Shown here piece after piece: positions 62,784-64,000 of a DNA stretch of 64,000 bases; position 1 is the stretch's first letter; the number at the start of each line of letters is the position of its first letter. The notes under the pieces were generated by a model. That model had not been told where the DNA came from, did not search any database, and was given only the letters and a program-made list of their open reading frames with translations. A program made the translations under genes and the position numbers. Source of the DNA: Minisyncoccota bacterium (GTDB lineage: Bacteria; Patescibacteriota; Minisyncoccia; Phycocordibacterales; JACRKE01); the NCBI GenBank assembly GCA_041660505.1, contig JBAZWG010000001.1, positions 307,979-371,978 on the forward strand, read 5' to 3'.

Positions 62784-63902
62784 TTAGGGTGAGGTGGTAT
62801 TGGATGTCAGCGCGAAGTTATTTTTCGCGTAATTGTACAAATTGCGAATGTCTGTGCCTACGTCCGGTGAACCTAACGCTATTATTGCTATTGGATGAGA
62901 GACACCGTTGTTTTGCAGATTAAACAATGCCACCATCGTCTCCTCCGCTGCGATAGTTTTACCGATTTTGCCACCAATGAAGGCCGGGTCGCCGGCGAAG
63001 ATGTTGAAGTTCTGCAGATCACCGAAGTCTGGCGCATCATAGGCGGTCGTCTTAAGTGTACCAGCCGATAATTTCAAAACAAAGCTTCTATTCGTATACA
63101 AGAATTTAGAAAGCTGGAAGAGATCTTCTGCGCTCGAAGTGTTGCCAGAGTCTCCACCGAACGGGTCGGTGAAGTGAGTGTGCGTCATGCCAATAGCCAA
63201 TGCCTTTCTGTTCATATTATTCACGAAGCTATTACCTGGCATTAGGTGTGCGAGCGCGACTGCCGCCTCATTCGATGACTCTTGCAAGAGCGGATAGAGA
63301 AGCTCGTAAGTGGTGTACTCCCTGCCGGCTTCAAGACGCGGGATAGAAGTCGTCGCCAGCATCTCTTTTGTGATTTCTACTTTTTTATCAAGATTTATAT
63401 ATTCTGCGGCGGTAAGCGCGGTTACAAGCTTTACTACAGAGGCTATCGGCACGACTTCTGTTTTCCCTTTCTCGGTAAAGACGAAGTTGTTGGTCAGATC
63501 GGCGACGAGGTACTGTCGCGCCTTCACCTGCGGCGGGCGGAAAGCGTAGCTTGAGTTATCGCCAGAGAACGACGCTTCATACACCAAAACCGGCATATTC
63601 ACTTTTACCAAGTCATAAACTTTCTTGGCGTCATCAGTGTTGAGACGGATACAACCGCCGGAATAGGTCGAGGCGACCGGCGTGCCGTCCTCATGATACG
63701 GCCAGCCGTGGATGAAGAAGTTGCCTTGGAAGACCATGCTCCATGGCTGATAAACACTGCCGAATGTCGAGAAATGATTCTTCTCTTTCGTTTCTATTTT
63801 ATAAATCCCTGCCGGCGTCTCCCACCAAGAACCGGGCTTGCCTTTGGTCAAAATTGGCACTTCCAGAACAGCTACGCCGTCTTGATAGACGTCGAGCTTC
63901 AT
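62784..63902 (-). CDS. Fused L,D-transpeptidase (YkuD) / D-alanyl-D-alanine carboxypeptidase (S11) cell-wall enzyme
   Basis: The N-terminus has ...FIHGWPYHEDGTPVASTYSGGCIRLN (the LDT catalytic Cys). The C-terminus has ...IASVVKLVT (SxxK) and SSNEAA (SxN). Confidence 0.7.
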   Translation of the reverse strand: MKLDVYQDGVAVLEVPILTKGKPGSWWETPAGIYKIETKEKNHFSTFGSVYQPWSMVFQGNFFIHGWPYHEDGTPVASTYSGGCIRLNTDDAKKVYDLVKVNMPVLVYEASFSGDNSSYAFRPPQVKARQYLVADLTNNFVFTEKGKTEVVPIASVVKLVTALTAAEYINLDKKVEITKEMLATTSIPRLEAGREYTTYELLYPLLQESSNEAAVALAHLMPGNSFVNNMNRKALAIGMTHTHFTDPFGGDSGNTSSAEDLFQLSKFLYTNRSFVLKLSAGTLKTTAYDAPDFGDLQNFNIFAGDPAFIGGKIGKTIAAEETMVALFNLQNNGVSHPIAIIALGSPDVGTDIRNLYNYAKNNFALTSNTTSP

Positions 63903-64000
63903 TGTCGTTAAATTCGCCTCAATAAAGCTGGTCTTGGCGTCTACGAAAGCTTTACGCGCATCGTCGAAATATTTGGCATTGCCAAGCGCAGAATATGAGC

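Noticed and set aside
1-64000. CRISPR array
   Set aside because: The repeated palindromes of families 1-4 are single or paired copies at scattered intergenic sites. There is no array of regularly spaced identical repeats with unique spacers, and no cas genes.

Overview
This 64-kb window looks like a small, moderate-GC bacterial genome with features typical of ultrasmall Patescibacteria/CPR-like organisms. That assignment is inference. The features behind it are many TTG-type alternative starts, abundant hypothetical secreted proteins, type IV pilus and ComEC genes, and very compact ribosomal operons.

The core is a minus-strand ribosomal block. rpsL, rpsG, fusA and tuf are followed by rpsJ, rplC, rplD, rplW, rplB, rpsS, rplV, rpsC, rplP, rpmC, rpsQ, rplN, rplX and rplE. 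This block is interrupted at least three times:
- About 10 kb of accessory DNA sits between tuf and fusA. It holds three cassettes of a nucleotidyltransferase (MNT) gene, with or without a HEPN partner, each followed by a giant secreted IPT/dockerin-like protein. A fourth smaller secreted protein is also present.
- About 1 kb of unknown genes sits between fusA and rpsG.
- An IS200/RAYT-like HuH transposase with REP hairpins is inserted between rpsS and rplB.

The ribosomal cluster also stops abruptly after rplE.

Other contents:
- A tandem triplet of paralogous cysteine-rich proteins of about 590 aa with zinc-ribbon-like ends, of unknown family. A partial P-loop kinase and a NYN-domain protein flank it.
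- A split comEC, plus rnhA, recJ, a HIT hydrolase, pgk and tpiA.
- A type IV pilus locus: a PilX-like protein, two prepilin-like proteins, pilC and pilB. Two giant proteins of 1242 and 1102 aa are embedded in it; both carry collagen-like tracts and the 1242-aa one also phage-tail-fibre-like repeats.
- nusA.
- A fused MNT-HEPN gene followed by another secreted protein.
- A fused L,D-transpeptidase/D,D-carboxypeptidase.

The window is saturated with at least four families of short palindromic elements. Some are read in-frame inside genes: the rplV tail, the transposase itself, and the pilB linker. Two surface-protein promoters carry poly-G tracts in the -35/-10 spacer and are candidate phase-variation switches.

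No rRNA, CRISPR array or reverse transcriptase was seen.
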